64,000 nt of DNA, taken from assembly GCA_040954595.2 (NCBI GenBank), contig CM082581.2, positions 13,651,921 through 13,715,920 on the forward strand, written 5' to 3'. A program made the translations under genes and the position numbers. A model generated the notes under the pieces. That model was not told where the DNA came from. It was given only the letters and a program-made list of their open reading frames with translations, and searched no databases. Each line of letters starts with the position of its first letter. The stretch's first letter is position 1. Positions 38,501-53,400 of this stretch are shown piece after piece. This DNA comes from Balanoglossus misakiensis. Its lineage: Eukaryota > Animalia > Hemichordata.

Positions 38501-41500
38501 AGCCAATGGTCATCACACATATATTCTGCCAGTATCTCGTTTTATCTTGACTTTCAGAAATACATACCACGTGCTCCAAATAATTGCAATTATTACAGGG
38601 AAATTGTAAGGCAGTGGGAATAAACGAGATTGTCGGTTCAACTGGTACGATTAAAACAAACTCAATTCTCAAGCAATGACCACATCTCGAAATAGCATCA
38701 CCGGTGGCCAGTTTTCACAGCATATTAATCAACGTAAGGGGTCGTAGATATTTGAAACACGCGAATGTCAAACACAGCTACATTTAATTGAGATTGGCCT
38801 CAACTCCCCCTTCTTGAACGAAAGAAATGAGGTGTGTTTTAGTTGTGCACGGTCCCTAAATGAAGCTCTAAAAACAGTAGCGAATGAGCCTTTGATCATT
38901 GAGGCGTATGGTGTTTGATATGGGGAGATCAGTTGACCATTCGATTTACTCACTTTCTGTGGGTAGACCTACACTGAGAATACAAGGCGTGTAGAAAGCT
39001 GGATTTTCCTCCCTCAGGAACGGGTATCGGTGTTTACGATACACATGGTCTGTATGCCCGTTGTATCTGAAATCAATTCAGAGTCCATTGGGCCTAATTG
39101 GCAAACGATGCGCGAAATTGTCAAGCAGGTGCCTCGGGAAGCGGTATTCGTTGAAATCTAGACACCTCTGACTTGATGACTTTCCTAAGGCTTCGAATTA
39201 CTAGGTCGTCTGTCTACAGCACCATGTTTATCCGGGTTACTGCGACTCTGAGAATGACTTCAGCCAAATCAACAAGGAACTGAAATATTTTCATTTATTT
39301 CCGAGAATTCTGTGGGCGAGGGTATTGCTCAGCAGAAGGCTGTTTCCCAAAGATAACCGATGACGTATGGTCGTGTTGAAATACACCAAACGGTCTCTCT
39401 AGCTCCACGAGAGCACGAAGCAGACAGCACAAAAGTACCACCAAATCTCTTACGCAACAATACCACAGCGTGAACCTGATTGGTCCAAAGTCCATCTGAT
39501 TTGCATACGCCAGGCAAGATCAGTCGCGCGCGCACCCGCAGTTCGCACACATCTTCATGCGGACTATAGCAACAAGATATTTACCTGAGTAGATGTTCAA
39601 AATTCAATAACGGTTATCTAAAGGTTATCAGGCTTTTCACTGACAAGGAGGGAAAAACTGGCATGCCGGTAGAATTGAGTAGTCTCAGTGTACTGGGGGA
39701 ATCCCAACACTAGGGTTACGTAAACATAGGCCCGTTCAGTAATTTATTTGGTAATCTGCCAAGGTTGAAAATGCCAGGAGGTTAAAGGTCACGGTAATCT
39801 CTGCAAGAAGAGGATACCCAAAAATTTACGCGATGTTGTCTTCCAGTCAAAGAAAAACAAAGCGAAACACCAATAAAAACAAACAGTCAACGTCGTCCAA
39901 AGTACGTGTGGAAAATTGGACTTTCTCAAGTTCAGTTACGGACTCCTTTCCCGTCGAGAAAAAAATGTCAAACAATTATATATTATTTTATCTCGATTTT
40001 TAAATCACACAATGAACTCCCCATTCCGAGTCAAATATTCACTGACATCTTGGATACAAAGGATACTCTCGCCACTCGAGAATACAGTCGAGTCGAGAAT
40101 ACAAGTACAGGTCGTCGAGAATAGTACAACTAGGTTGTCCTCGCGTTCCTAAGATTTTGTTTTAGCATTAGTGACACTGAACGTTTACAAACCACGAGCG
40201 ATAATAAAACAGTTTACGTAAACTTTTGGTCTGTGTTTGTTGGTGACGACAGCTTCGAAAACAATGCGGTGGCACCCGTCTGCTTGTCTGAGGCAATAAG
40301 TTCAAATGCTGACAAAACGCACGTAGCCTGTTCTTTTACAATATGAAAAGTATTTGAGTTAACATCTTGAGCTATTGTACTGTCGTTTGCTGCACTGTCT
40401 CTATAGAAACGTTGATACCGGTCACAGTGGACGCTGGTCACCTAAATTTCACGCATACCTCCCTTTCTTCGTTGTTTTTGAAACTAAAATGTTGATGAAA
40501 ATAACATTAAGTGTTCGGGTGCATCAACAAACGAAATAACCCTTTTGTCTAAAAACAAGGAGAAAACCAAAGAACGCAAGGAGAAAAGGTACAACACGCT
40601 AAGCTTGAAATAGGAAAAGGAACCTCCTCATTTTGCAGGTGATTTACGACATTATGATTTATTTTCATATGCACACGGAAAGGAAGATTGCCAATACCGG
40701 TTACTGCGCATCAACCGAATAGTTACTCAGATCACAGAGGAACGTATTTGACTTGCACTTCCCTATAACAACTAGAGATAACGGACTTCTGTGTGTACTC
40801 TCCTAAAATACAAACACATCATCATTATATGTGCAATAAAAAGCAATTTACAGTAATATTTTCTTATCTCATCAAAAGCGTCCCTTCTAGGAAATTACCG
40901 ATACTCGAAGTTGTTTATCTCCACTCGGGCGTGGGAGGAGTATGATTCCTTGCATTGCCCGAGGCTACGATTTGTTACAAAATTTGCCGAATCAGTGAAG
41001 ACCCATCCCACGCGCTTTCACATGTACATACACGGACGAGGAACAAGAAAATTATAACAATTTAAAACATATGAAAATAAACATCGAATCGTCCTTAACT
41101 TCATTTGGACACAGTTGATGACGTCAAACTTTGCACCATTCAGGAAAACAATTAAAAAAACCTAATTTATTAATGTTGAAACGACATCATCAAGGAATCA
41201 CATACAGCGTCATCATTTGAACTTCGAGAAACTTTTTTTCGCATTAAAACGTTGCTGAAGAAGAGTGTCTTTGCGAAACAAGAGCGCCACCAATGTTCCT
41301 AAGCGTGACAATTTTAGTGTCTGCTGCATCACAGATGTAGGTATCTCATACCAGAGAAGTTGACATTTTGTGGGTGTGAATTTCCAAGTCACAATACAAC
41401 GTTTTCCTGTTCTGTTTGGCGAAGAATTTATAACAGGGTTTATGTATTTTTCCGTTGTATCGTATTGTAATAGTTTGGTTGCGTGGTTTGCATAGTAGCC

Positions 41501-44500
41501 GGCCTTTGTGAACTGGACTTGTAAATTTCGGGTTCAAAAGTTATCGGACTTCCTTCAACGTGGAGGGTCTCCGCCAGACGCAAGGTGGGAGTCTTGTTTT
41601 GGCTTTTATCGTTTTGATTTGTAAAGATTCTCATGTTTTCTCAAACAACAAAGAATCACACTCCCTGACTGAACCGCGCGTATGCAGCAACATGTAACAT
41701 GACTATCACAAATCCAACGCTGGAAAGAGCCATCAAATATTACAGTTACTGTAATCGTCCAATAGAATAAAAGACGCCTGTATAACGCAAGATGCTGTTC
41801 ACTTTGTCAAAAATTAAATCAACTTGTCATCCATTTACAAATAGATGTAAGTCAACTATAGAAGCTTTCAGAGCGCACTCGTTACCTAATATAGTAAACT
41901 ATATTATTTAAAACTTAAAGCGACACCGCCCATCAGTTCCGGCCGTTCCATACCTTTCCTATCGCCAAAGGTATGCGACAAAATCCTACACGATAAAACT
42001 ATGTCGTTTTTAAGGAATCATCGGTTAGGAATGGGCGGAAATGTTTCAACCGGCCCGGTAGATCAACATTTTTGCCGGCAAATTAACAGCGCAGTTGTCC
42101 TTCTAGTAGAATACCGAGTACAATCGGCCACCGGAAGTAGACTGTCTGCATTTCTCGCTGAATTCAAAAACACACGTGGTGAATGCGGCGAGTGTCCTTT
42201 AAAGAGAAAGTCAACCAGAGTCCTTAATGTCACCATATTTGGCCTGATTGCTGTTGGTAATCACTTGATGTGGCTTAACCTACTGTTTATTAACAGAAGT
42301 TGTGGTCTGAACCACACGCAAGTCACCTCATCATCAAATAATATACCTGAGCCCTGCCTCAATACACCTAAGACACACCGTGTGAACGGATACACTCAAA
42401 TTTTCCCTCCTAAGTACAGAACAAGTCGCTAAAATTAACAATCAGAAATCCATATACATGTATAAAGATATATACGCACACGTACACACAATATATTGAG
42501 CGGGGTATCAAGACCTTTGCATTTATACTAATTTATAGTATTGATGCGTTTTATATGATATTTGATATTTAGTTTCAACTCATAACTTCGTAACTACGTA
42601 GGAGAATAAACATGTGGTCTTGATTCAGTTCGAAATAAAGTCGGCTGATCTATATATTTTATTTCCAGTGATACACATTTTCCTAATGAATATGTTTCTG
42701 AAAATATATGTCCACCATGATTAATATCCCAGCAAAGGATGATGAATTATTTGAGGTTTCCCAAATTAAATAAGGAAATGACTTGAGATAAAACCCGACC
42801 GCAAGTAAGATCTCTCTATTTTAAACAGAGAATGAATTAGCATAATTTTATATGATTATTAAGTACATTGAACATACGGGTTCTCTCACTTGCGTTACGT
42901 TGGTCTTTCGTTTCCAAGGAACGGCAGAAATTTTAATTTTCAATGAGATCTCGTCATTTTTGCGCATGATGCTGAAACAAACAGTAAGCTTATTTAAAGT
43001 AAACAAGATGTCAGTTTCTACAGAAGCCAGGTTCTATACATCAAGAAAAGACCGTCGACAGAATCTGTGAATGTACCACGTAAAAATCAGCGACCATGTC
43101 TGGCGGCATAATCACGAAACCGTAGATTTCACAATGAAGTCGACTCAAGTCTGCCCAAGTACGACACGATCCATTCAGCTGTCTTTCTCAGGGTCAGGGT
43201 ATAGATACACGCATTGTCCTTTCCTAAATAGAAACTTTCATCGGAATGCAATGTCCCTCGATACTCGGTTCGCCACTGTCCGCAAGCGTCATTGAATTTA
43301 ACGATGTGAAATTACTGTACGTAGTGATTACCTGCTGTGATATCAAATATATCATGTGATAAAAGTTTTATCATCCTGGTATCCCGAAGTATAATATGCA
43401 AAACTGCCATGTAAGACGCAGGAAAAGTTGTTTCGTTCCGTGTTGGTGTGAAATTTTGAGAAGTGCCCTAATACACAGGATCTACAAATGGCTAGTGACG
43501 AGTAACCGACTTGGTTGGCCCAAGGATTTTGCTATTATAACACGACAGTCGATAAAAAACATGACGACAAACCAAACATATATCATTCTATAATCAACAA
43601 ACATGGTAATAACGATTACTGCTGTTTCAAGTGTGTGATAAATTGCGAAACAAAAACAAATCAACAAGTGTGTGTAAACAAGTCGATTGGAATCGGTCAT
43701 ATTGAAATAGTGCTGCTCGTGGTGACATTTCTGTTCGGTCATTCTCGCCGATTATTGCCTGTTCATTATTCTTGTTGACGAGTGGCCACATTCTTAATTG
43801 TCTGACGGCCAGACAAGCACACCAAACCCAGGGTCAGTGTGACCGGATCTTATTTTAATGCCACCCAATAGCCAGAGGTGAGACAACGAAGAGCCGTGGC
43901 ATGATACTGTTTCATTGGTCGCCCCCTTCTCCGCCTCAATACAAACCCACACAACTTGATCGCATGTTTGTCAGAGTTTATGCCGGCAAAATACGTTGTT
44001 GGGATCAGGCCTTCTTTTTGCTCGCCTATTCGAACACAAATAAAAGCCATGTTATCGGCGTGGAATGTACACCTTTAAAGAAGACGTTGAAAAAGTATTA
44101 TGGTAGGTCAGGCCATTCAGCGTCCCCTCATTTTGTCTTCCCTATTCATGGAGGGGTGTTGGTCCAGCTAAAATATGTTGTTCATAGAAATCAGTTTACA
44201 AGTTTTACATAGACTTTGTGGTGTGGGTAGTTATGTAAAATATAAGGTCTTTCAGTTATGGACTACCAGTGAGGAGCTGATTGGCCCTCGGGCTACCTTC
44301 AATACACGTAGTATCTGCTGTTTGCCATTTACCTGCGATTCTGTATTCAAGGCTACTGACAAACACATCCGGCAAATCCCCTTGCAGTTTCCCCTAACAA
44401 TGACCCAGTGGGGGCAAAAAATATTGTCTCACTTTTTGTGAGGGCGGTTTATTTCCCAGCATGGACGGTTGAGAGGACAAGAGGGAAAAAACTGTTCTTT

Positions 44501-47225
44501 TTTTTGAAGTCGACTAAAAACGTTAAAAGTTGCGAGTCGGTGATCGGGGAGGTAACAAAAACAAGGTAACACGTGCCCAGTTTTGATCGACACCTGTCAT
44601 TGCGGGCGCAAGAACCAAGTCACTGAGCGTGGAGCGGCGACGAGCATCTTTGAAGCCTGTTACCCGCCCTTTGGAGTGGTTTGTCTTTCGGTATGTCGGC
44701 CTGTGGTAACAACATCAGGTGTTACTGGATATGTGCTCTGGATGGCCGATTAGCCTGCTCGCTTCTCTTCTTGGTGGTGCTGGTGCTCAGAGCAGACAAA
44801 CGAGCAAGGTTCGTTGGTTTTCGCTGACATTAAATAGTGTGTTTTTGCAAAGTGTCTTCCCCCGCGGGGTAGTTACATTCAGTAGGCGAATGGTATGGCC
44901 CTATTCAGCAGCGAATACCAAAAATACTTTTGTGGCTTGCAGATCACAATGATGAACATGCTTAAAACCTAAAAAAGGCCTGTCCGTCTCCAACACTTGC
45001 CGCTCTAACCATTGTCTTGGTAAAACATACGTCGCGTGTACTGCTCCCTTTCGTCGGGTCTCACAGACGCGCTTATTTTCTCGATAAGGCTGTGGTTGAA
45101 ATGAAATTATTTTACGCATAATGTTCGCCAGTGGATGACCAATCAACGTCGACGTAAGGCATTGTCTTGGATCTGTTAGCGTTTCCCAGACGTCGGGAAA
45201 ACACTCCTTTACACTAAGTAAATCACTCGTCACCACTCTGAGGAAATGCTCGGGCGATTATGTAGAAGGACTCGCCAGCAGTTTGGGATTCACACAGTGT
45301 AAGATTTCCGACAAGGTGTCACTGAATTTTTGTCGTCAACTTCCGACCGTCACACACGTATACACACGTATAAGGAGCCGGGAAGAATTGCGTGGATTCG
45401 GAAGTCGCCGAGGACTATAAACTTTGGAATCGTTCTCCTTCGCCAGTTTGGATTTGCGCACCCCTACAATGCACACCTACAGAAAACTGCATCCACGGAA
45501 GACATGAATTTACCAGTCAGGTTTCTGTAAGTTCCGCTTTTTTTCGTCACCATCACTTGTATATACGCTGTGTCTGATCTGCCCTTTATCATCACGGTTT
45601 CAGATTCACCTGGCCGTCGTACTTGATTTTTTTCTCTCTGGTGGATTACCAATGGTTGTGATTTAAGCACTCATCTCTCGTTCTCGGTTACTGTATTGAA
45701 ACGTCTTAAGTGTTTTACCATGTCTTGTGAAACGCACAGTCTGATGGTCAGATACGGCAGAGCGTCTCCATCTGTAGTGACGTGTATCTCACACACAATT
45801 TGTGCACAAAGCGGTGTCGGGGCTGTATAGGATACTAAGCAAAGAAATTCGCCATGAAATGTCGTGTCCTTTGATGTCTGTTTTTCGGGCAGATTAGGCA
45901 TGTTGTTCAAAGTAGTAATGGTGAGTTGGAAATTCATTCTGGTCAAGAAGAATGCCTCGTTCCCCCGGAAAGACTCCTTTGTGATAATATTTCACTTGGT
46001 CTTTTGTACATATCATTGTGTCTTTCCTTTAAACCCTTAACTTATCAAGTCGCAATATGCATAATTTGTTTACAGAGGCAGCACTTAAACATTTAAGTAG
46101 AGCAAAGGCTACTTTTCCTGTGAAAGCCATTTTTATAACCACTCATTAGCGACAGCCTTTTCACTCCAGCGGGATGACAGCTCAAACAGTAATAGCGCCC
46201 ACTCCGTAACACAAGAGTGCGCCTTTACTTCAATGTCGTCAGCCTATCGCTGCTTTCTCATCATCGGCGGCTGAGATTAAACGAACCGATCACTTTCTAT
46301 CAGCTTGGTGGCGCGGCTGAGGTTGTTGTTTTTCTCCCTTCTGCTCGAGTGGTGTAGTTTTTCCTTTGTGGTCAAATAACACATTCAGGTCACATATGTC
46401 GGTGTATCGGCCGCTTCGGTGACGACAGTTACATGCTGTGTTGTCCGGTGGAGCAGGAACACGCGGCCGGACTACACAGTGCCTCGATCGCTCTCGCTTC
46501 ATTTGAACTATAGCCGTGGTTAGAGAGAGCGCCGTACCTTACCTCTCTCGTACACAGGTGAATACATTTCACAACCTTGCCCGTTATGGCTCCCCCTGGC
46601 TCTCCTTGTAGCTCATCAGAATTCAATTTCGTCCTTAATTGTCGCTTTCGGCACTGCAGCAACTTGGCGAGATTCACAAGTTTACCAAAATGTCCAACAA
46701 TTGCGAGGCATTCTCCTGCAAATTACTACGGAATCGAGTCAATTACCCGGTGAAGTGTTTGGGCAATAGCACTGTAGCATATTAATGAACCCACGGCGCA
46801 GTCAATCAAACTAATTAACATGAATACAGGTGCCAATTGGAGGGAAGGTCCCACCCATATCGGCCACTTGAATTGTCCCCGCAGAATGAGTCTTAAGTTG
46901 CTCAGTCTGGCCTCCCCTTACAATTTGTAAAGAAGTCTTCTGAGAGAGTGCCTTCAATTGCGCTCCCCCGACCAGATCAACGCGCAGTCTTGGCTTAGTT
47001 CCGCTAAAGGGTGCCACCCATGCATAAAGCTCTGCTTTTTGGGCACGTCCTATCTTTTGTTTTTTTTCCAAACCTTCATGCTTGGTGCCCTATAGCTGGC
47101 TGGGCACCGGGGGGAATTGGACGGTATCTGTGCGTGTACACCCGGGATTTTACTCAGCAATTTTGCGAATTTTTAGACTGGACGAGAGGTCGGGCTTGCT
47201 TTGTCGGAAGAGGATGATTTATCGA

Positions 47226-47233
47226 GTATTTAA
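47226..47233 (+). promoter_or_regulatory. Candidate TATA-like box for FGF8/17/18
   Basis: TATTTAAA about 240 nt upstream of the ATG, followed by a CpG-rich leader. Confidence 0.35.
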
Positions 47234-47467
47234 ACCACTTCAAACTGTATGAACTGTCATTGAACGGCATCCCATATGCAAATATTGGACCTATTATCTC
47301 CGCTGTTTGTACACGCTAGCTCTGTGCACACAAACGATCGTCCGTCGCCGCTTTCACATCTATTACGGGGAGCTGTAGAACGAACGGAGTGGAGAGAGGT
47401 CCCGGTCGTCGTCGTCGTATGGTTGGCTCCTACGCCGGGGCTGCTCGGACGGACTTCCGTGTCCATT

Positions 47468-47496
47468 ATGTTACCCTATCGATGCTTCTGTTCACT
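47468..47496 (+). CDS. FGF8/17/18: FGF8/17/18 exon 1A-equivalent (MLPYRCFCS-L)
   Basis: ATTATG start, phase-2 donor GTACGT; joins the next exon in frame. Confidence 0.7.
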
Positions 47497-50400
47497 GTAC
47501 GTACATCTTCCATGTGTGATTACAAGTCTGGATGAGTCAGCTCCCTGTCACCACGTTGTCTGACACAGAATCCCCAGGCTCCCTTCACAGCTTTCACACA
47601 ATTTAAATCGAAGACATGTCGTACATGCTAGTTTTGAATTCAGATCCATTCACACAAGTGGCAAAATATTTAACTCGTCTGTTATTTCTGGAGATCGATT
47701 TTACACCGTCAGTGAAAGCGAACCGCTAATGTCACCTTTTCTCCGTTTTATCTCTCTCCAATGCAGGCTTTTGCATGTACTTCTCTGGTGTTGGCATTTG
47801 CAGGTAAGTCATATCCAACTATTTTATTGTTTATATCTCAGCTACTCTCATATCCTATATTCAAGGGCAGAGTGCCTCAATATATCGTCCAAAATTTAAT
47901 TGTACCTCGCCTTCAGCCATTTATCATATTTAAGACTCGACGGATCACTGTACTAGGAAGTCGAATATCTCCTTGAGACCACGGGGACATTCGGTGTTGT
48001 TGTGATAACGTTTCGGACAAATGAATAGCAAAAATGTCCGTACTTGTAGATTAATTGCCACCTTCCCGTCTGTATTTATTGGAGTCTTTTGAAGCCCGTA
48101 CCCTCCCCGATTATTTGGAAACACTTAGGTGGGCAGACACAAACTGAGATACCGGAGTAACGCTTGAATCGCCACCAATACTACCTGCCCCCCCCCCCCC
48201 CAGAACACGACATGACACTCTATGCACACAAGTGTCGGACTTTGCATACTTTTGCAATGATCCAAGTAAAAAGCCAACCCAAGGCTTTCAACGTGAAAAC
48301 CGACTAAATGTCATGTTTATTTGTTGAGAAGCCTATTTATTTCCCCCTTTGATCCCTGAATTCGTCTGCTTAAATTGTGGTCTGCGAGAGAGAGAAAACA
48401 CACCTCCACGTTCTTGAATTCATAAATGGCATTGGAGACGGGGAAACCCTGCCGAGCGACCCGTTGTTCCATTGGACAATGTTGCAGAACGTGACGATCG
48501 ATCGCAAGCAGCGGGGGGGGGGGGGGGGGGAGATTTTGGTTCCGGCTACTACACTGAGATGGAAGTTGCCTGTACCCATGATGACACATTAGAAATTCTG
48601 AATGACCCGTTTATCCTTAAAACGACATTTGCTGACAAGTGTGTTTGGTTTTTTAAGACGACCTTCGGTGCCTCACCTATAAACAAGGTGGGCATGACTC
48701 TGACATGGCAATAATTCATGGCGACAATTAAGTATAGCACCCTCAGACTTCAAATCCTGCGGTGTGTTCAAGCACAGGGGCCAATCATTGACAGGGAAAC
48801 ACGAGCTCGATAAAATCCCGGTACTCTTTTTAAAAAAAGGGGGGGGGTCCGATCAACCGACTAGAAATACGTTTGAATGAGTAGCAGAAAACCAAGTGCA
48901 GTGGTCTTAGGACAACCCCCCTTTGAACAATAAGTTGACTCGAGCAATACAACCCAAGGCCAGTTTTATTACACGGGGATAAAATGGGGAGACAGAGAGT
49001 CCGCTTGGACAGGGCCAGTCTGTCAATTGTCATATGTTTGTACACTGAACTTGGTTCTACACATCTCTTGCAGGAATCAATACAGTTGTCCGACTCCAAA
49101 GACTTTGGTGCGCATGTTAGCAGTCAAATGGGTAGACACGATACGTCTAGTTTAGGTGTGGAACGCACCGTGCAGTTATACTCTAGGGCAAGTCATGGAC
49201 ATGTCAGGATTTACGGGAAAAATGTCGACGCTTCAGGCGAAGACGGAGAAGTTTACGGTGAGTTCCAACTTGCATTTTTGTGATAAGTTTGCCATTTTGG
49301 TTCACTTGGGAGGGAGTGAGAAACAAATACACGAAAGTGTGATGTGTTCTTGAAACCTATACGACGGCTTGGTTGAAAAGCTGGACAGACTATCCGTTCG
49401 AACCAGCCTGGGGCTCTCAAGGCGGGCAATTCAAGTCATTGTATCAGCAGCCAGTTTGTCATAAACTTTAGCAGTGATGCAGAGCTTTTAAAGTGGCCGC
49501 GGTGTTATTTCTTTTTTCTAAGGGTGAAACAGAGCACGGGTATGTCGCGGGGTAAGGCTCAGGTCGGGCAGAAAAAAAAGAAAAACACTGTCGGGAGGCA
49601 GGCAAAAAAAGGCGCTAACAATGTGACGTTGACTCGCCTAGTGTCGTTCGGTATAGAAATTGAAGCTGAGACGGGGCAAAGGGGTGTTTTAATTTGAGAA
49701 AGTAGGTGTCTCCAATTTGGCGAATGGGTGTATTCCAATTTACTTGGACCCTACTACGACGGCGTTCTCTATTGTGGCTGTGTAGAGCCCACTCGTCTTA
49801 TGTCTAATGGGACGTATTGAGGCAGGGGATATTTAATCTGGTATGGCCAGCAGCAACTTAAAGTGAGCCGCTTTTCAAGACTACCTTGTCTGCTCTACCC
49901 CACAGTACACATGTCACATAATAGAATGTCGACCCCCAGTCGGCCAATTTTGGAGCCGTGTATCAACATGACACAACGGACTCCCCACTGACAGTCGCGT
50001 TCTGTCTTCCTCGGCGGAAGGGCTTCATGCAAATTCAAAACGATGATGTCACAATTACGTCACGGTGACGACTAAGGTCAACGTTGAATGATTTTTTCAG
50101 CCACTTCGAATAGAAAAAAAGAACATGTCTCTTATACTAGGTCATTTTCTCTCTTTTTTGAAATCTAAAGAGATTCGTTTTATGGAGCTCTTTGAAGGTA
50201 ATTGTTAAGCGGGATGCAAGTTAAATAGCGGGGTTTATTTCCACGCATACCAGTGTTGGCCCTGCTCCAGGCCGTGTGTGTTGGAGCGGCCGAAATCTTC
50301 TTGTCCATCCTTGTAAAATGCCAAGCTATTCATTTATTACTGTCGAGGAATTCTTTTATAGAGTAAGCTGACCGCAAACACGGCCTGGAAGGGTGCAATC

Positions 50401-53400
50401 GGAAGTGTGGGGCAGAGACAATGAACTCGTAGCAGTTGACGGCGGCATGAAAACGCCGTTGTCACTCTATAAAGTGGAAGGGCTGAAACAAAAAAAAAGC
50501 TGAGGAGTTGTCAACTCTGACAGCTCCCTTCTCACTTTGTACACTAAATGTCGTGCATGATAGCACGTTAACACACGCTAGAAGAAGCATGACGGTTTCG
50601 GCATTGAGATCTGGCAATAGTACGTGAGATATGGGTAAAACACCGGCTTTAGCTGTTTGCAGTGGGAGAGGTAAGCGACGGGAGAAAACCGAAAACATGT
50701 AAACAATTCAGGTTTTCAGCGACACAGTCCAGACAGGTAGAGAGGCTCTCTTGTTCGCTGTCCCTAAAATTGCCCCCTTTACTAAAGCAATGATTGACAC
50801 GCGCAGTGGAGGTTGACCAGGCATTATATAATTATCAGAAGAGAAAAACTCTGATCATCTGCCTGCTAATTGTGGAGAAGAATGAGTGAACTCATAAACA
50901 CAGTTTCTAGGTCGTTAAAAACCGGGACTGGCGACTGATTGTGAAGCTGCCGAAAACGTGGTGTAAGGTTACGTCACCGCTCTGGAAGAGAAATCACACT
51001 TATCCAAATATCGAGAATCTATTGTCGCGGAATCATTCGGTTTGTTCAAAAAAGGTGGCCAGCTCCGCTACATGATAAAGGGATACACAGTTAGTTGACA
51101 AATGTTTGCTTTGGAGGACACCGCTAAGGAGTTAAGACAAGGCAATAAACCCCTTCAGTGACGTGTACACTAGGGCTTACTATAATACTGCTGTGACAGA
51201 TGATCCTGGCCAATCTGTTGTATTTCTCGCCTAAAACCGCATTTGACTCAACAAATCGGAAGAAAAGCTGCCGGAACCAAACGCAAGAAGTTTTCATTTG
51301 TTTGACCACTAAAATGATCAAACAGTATTGACGGATGACCGCTGTATTGTTTTTTTGCTTTGTTCGAATAGCAACGGGAAATTCGCGAAGAAAAAAAAAG
51401 AGATGTCTACGTATCTTGAAAAAGACGCTAACCTAGTTAGATCTGCCGAAAAAAAGTATTGCTCAATATTGTTCCCGCCAAAGTGTAATGTGATTTCCAA
51501 ACAAGCACTACAAAAGCCAAATAATGGCTGGAGAGTCTACGTTGCTTAAGACTCCTCATGCGTCGACAGGCAGTGAATGACCCGCCACGAGAGTCGCATT
51601 CAAGTTACAATAACTCCAGCTGGCCACCCCATTCAGACTTTCCCCTTCTATATTCTGGAAACAATTGACTTTTACTACTCGCCCTTTTCTGTCAAAAGTG
51701 GCAAACTAAAGACCACACACTGGAGGTCGCCTCTCTCCGTTTCTAATGTGCCCTTTGTTGCTTCAATCGTTAAATCTAGATAAATTTGTAACTTTTCTAC
51801 ATGACAAAGCTTTGTTTTCCTACCCTTTTTTTCTTCTTTTTCACATGGTAAATTGATTAGACTCGTTGGTTGGCCAACTGTGTGGTCGGACTTTTCCCAA
51901 CTATGCATGGTTGAGTCTCTGTGACAAGCGCTCATTATTAACATCCGGGAGCCTCCTCTAAAATTGCCCTAAAATTGATGACTGGCCCCGGAAGATTGAG
52001 ACGTTTCGCTTTCCTTTGCGGTTGCCAGGCCAATTGTTGTGTCGCGATGTGAAAGACTTGTAACCCCAGGGCCACCCAAACCGAACATTGATCCGAATCT
52101 GTACTGAGGGACAGGGTAGCATTAACAGACGGATCACTCTCATGTCATCCTCATAATGGGAGCCAAAATTATTTAAATGATGGTCATTATACAAAGGGAG
52201 AAATAGTCAGGAAGTCGCCAAAGCATTAGCAAATGGGCGACTTGAGTGCAAAAAATGCACCGATTTCCTCTTTTCCATTAACATTTTGCGACGTCCTGGC
52301 AAACTTTCGGCCAACTTTTTGACCACGATGCAACTGGACGTTGAAGTGCGTAAATCAACGCCTTTAGTGGCCTTTTAAAATCCACACAAACGAACGGACT
52401 GACGGAAATCAAAGCTGGCCAATTAACAAGGGGGTTCTAAAGTCCCCCTCCATAAGCAGTGACATAAAGCTAGCGATGATGTAAATGGAAGTCGCTTCTC
52501 CCTGTGAAATCAAGCAGAAACGCGACTTCTAAGCCAAGAAAATTGAAAGTTTTTGTAAAGGGACAACTATCTCACGTTTAGTCGCCGGGGGATTTGTTGG
52601 CTACCAGCAAAACCTGTGATAATCTTCAACCCATTTGTCAACCGACAGATTACATGTCAAACAGAGGAATTTTGTGTATCCACAGAAGGACGACCCAGCT
52701 GTTAAAAAGGGAGATAAATAAACACCAGTATGAGGATGGGTTGCTACCGGAATTACCCACGAATAATAACGCCACCGGTCTTACGCAAAAAGAATAAAAT
52801 ATAATGTAGTGTAATCGGATGCAAAGGCACTAGCTGCCACATGACTGAGCCTGTTGTCTCTGCAAAAGTGGCCAGAAAATCTACCAAACAAAGGATGCTT
52901 CAGACAGAACGGCTGTAAACGTGTGTTAGAATAAACGTGGAAGACGCGGGGTGTTGTGTTGTAGTACAATATTGACGCTGGGTCTTCCGTCGATAAGATT
53001 CAACACTGGCTATCCCACGGTCCCTGGTGACCGTCGCTATCCGAAGTCACCATCAGGACAATCCCCCTCCGATAAAACGAGTGTAAGACATGACCGCTAC
53101 CATAGAAGATCTGGCTGACGCGCGCGACTGGGTAAATTTATGTCAAAAGGTGAAAGGGCACGGAATGTACCTTAGCCCGTGCACGCACAGAGGCGGGGTG
53201 ACCACTGACGTAGCCTGAGGCAGTTATCACCAGATGTACTTGAAAAACACCTGATTGAGAATCGGCCGCAGTTGTGTGGCATAGCGTGGGTTTTTTATCC
53301 AGTCGTCGGAAATAGGACAAAATCACGGCGAAAGGTGGTGATTGATAACTGTTTTCCGCTTATCATGAATTTCAATAAGATCTTGCCTTCTCGGCGAGCA

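Noticed and set aside
41340-41640. Overlapping short minus-strand ORFs that look like a decayed coding fragment
   Set aside because: No recognisable domain or splice-site support.
48188-48530. Poly-C and poly-G tracts in an FGF intron (also 36324-36337)
   Set aside because: Simple homopolymers with no flanking inverted-repeat extension; insufficient evidence of function.
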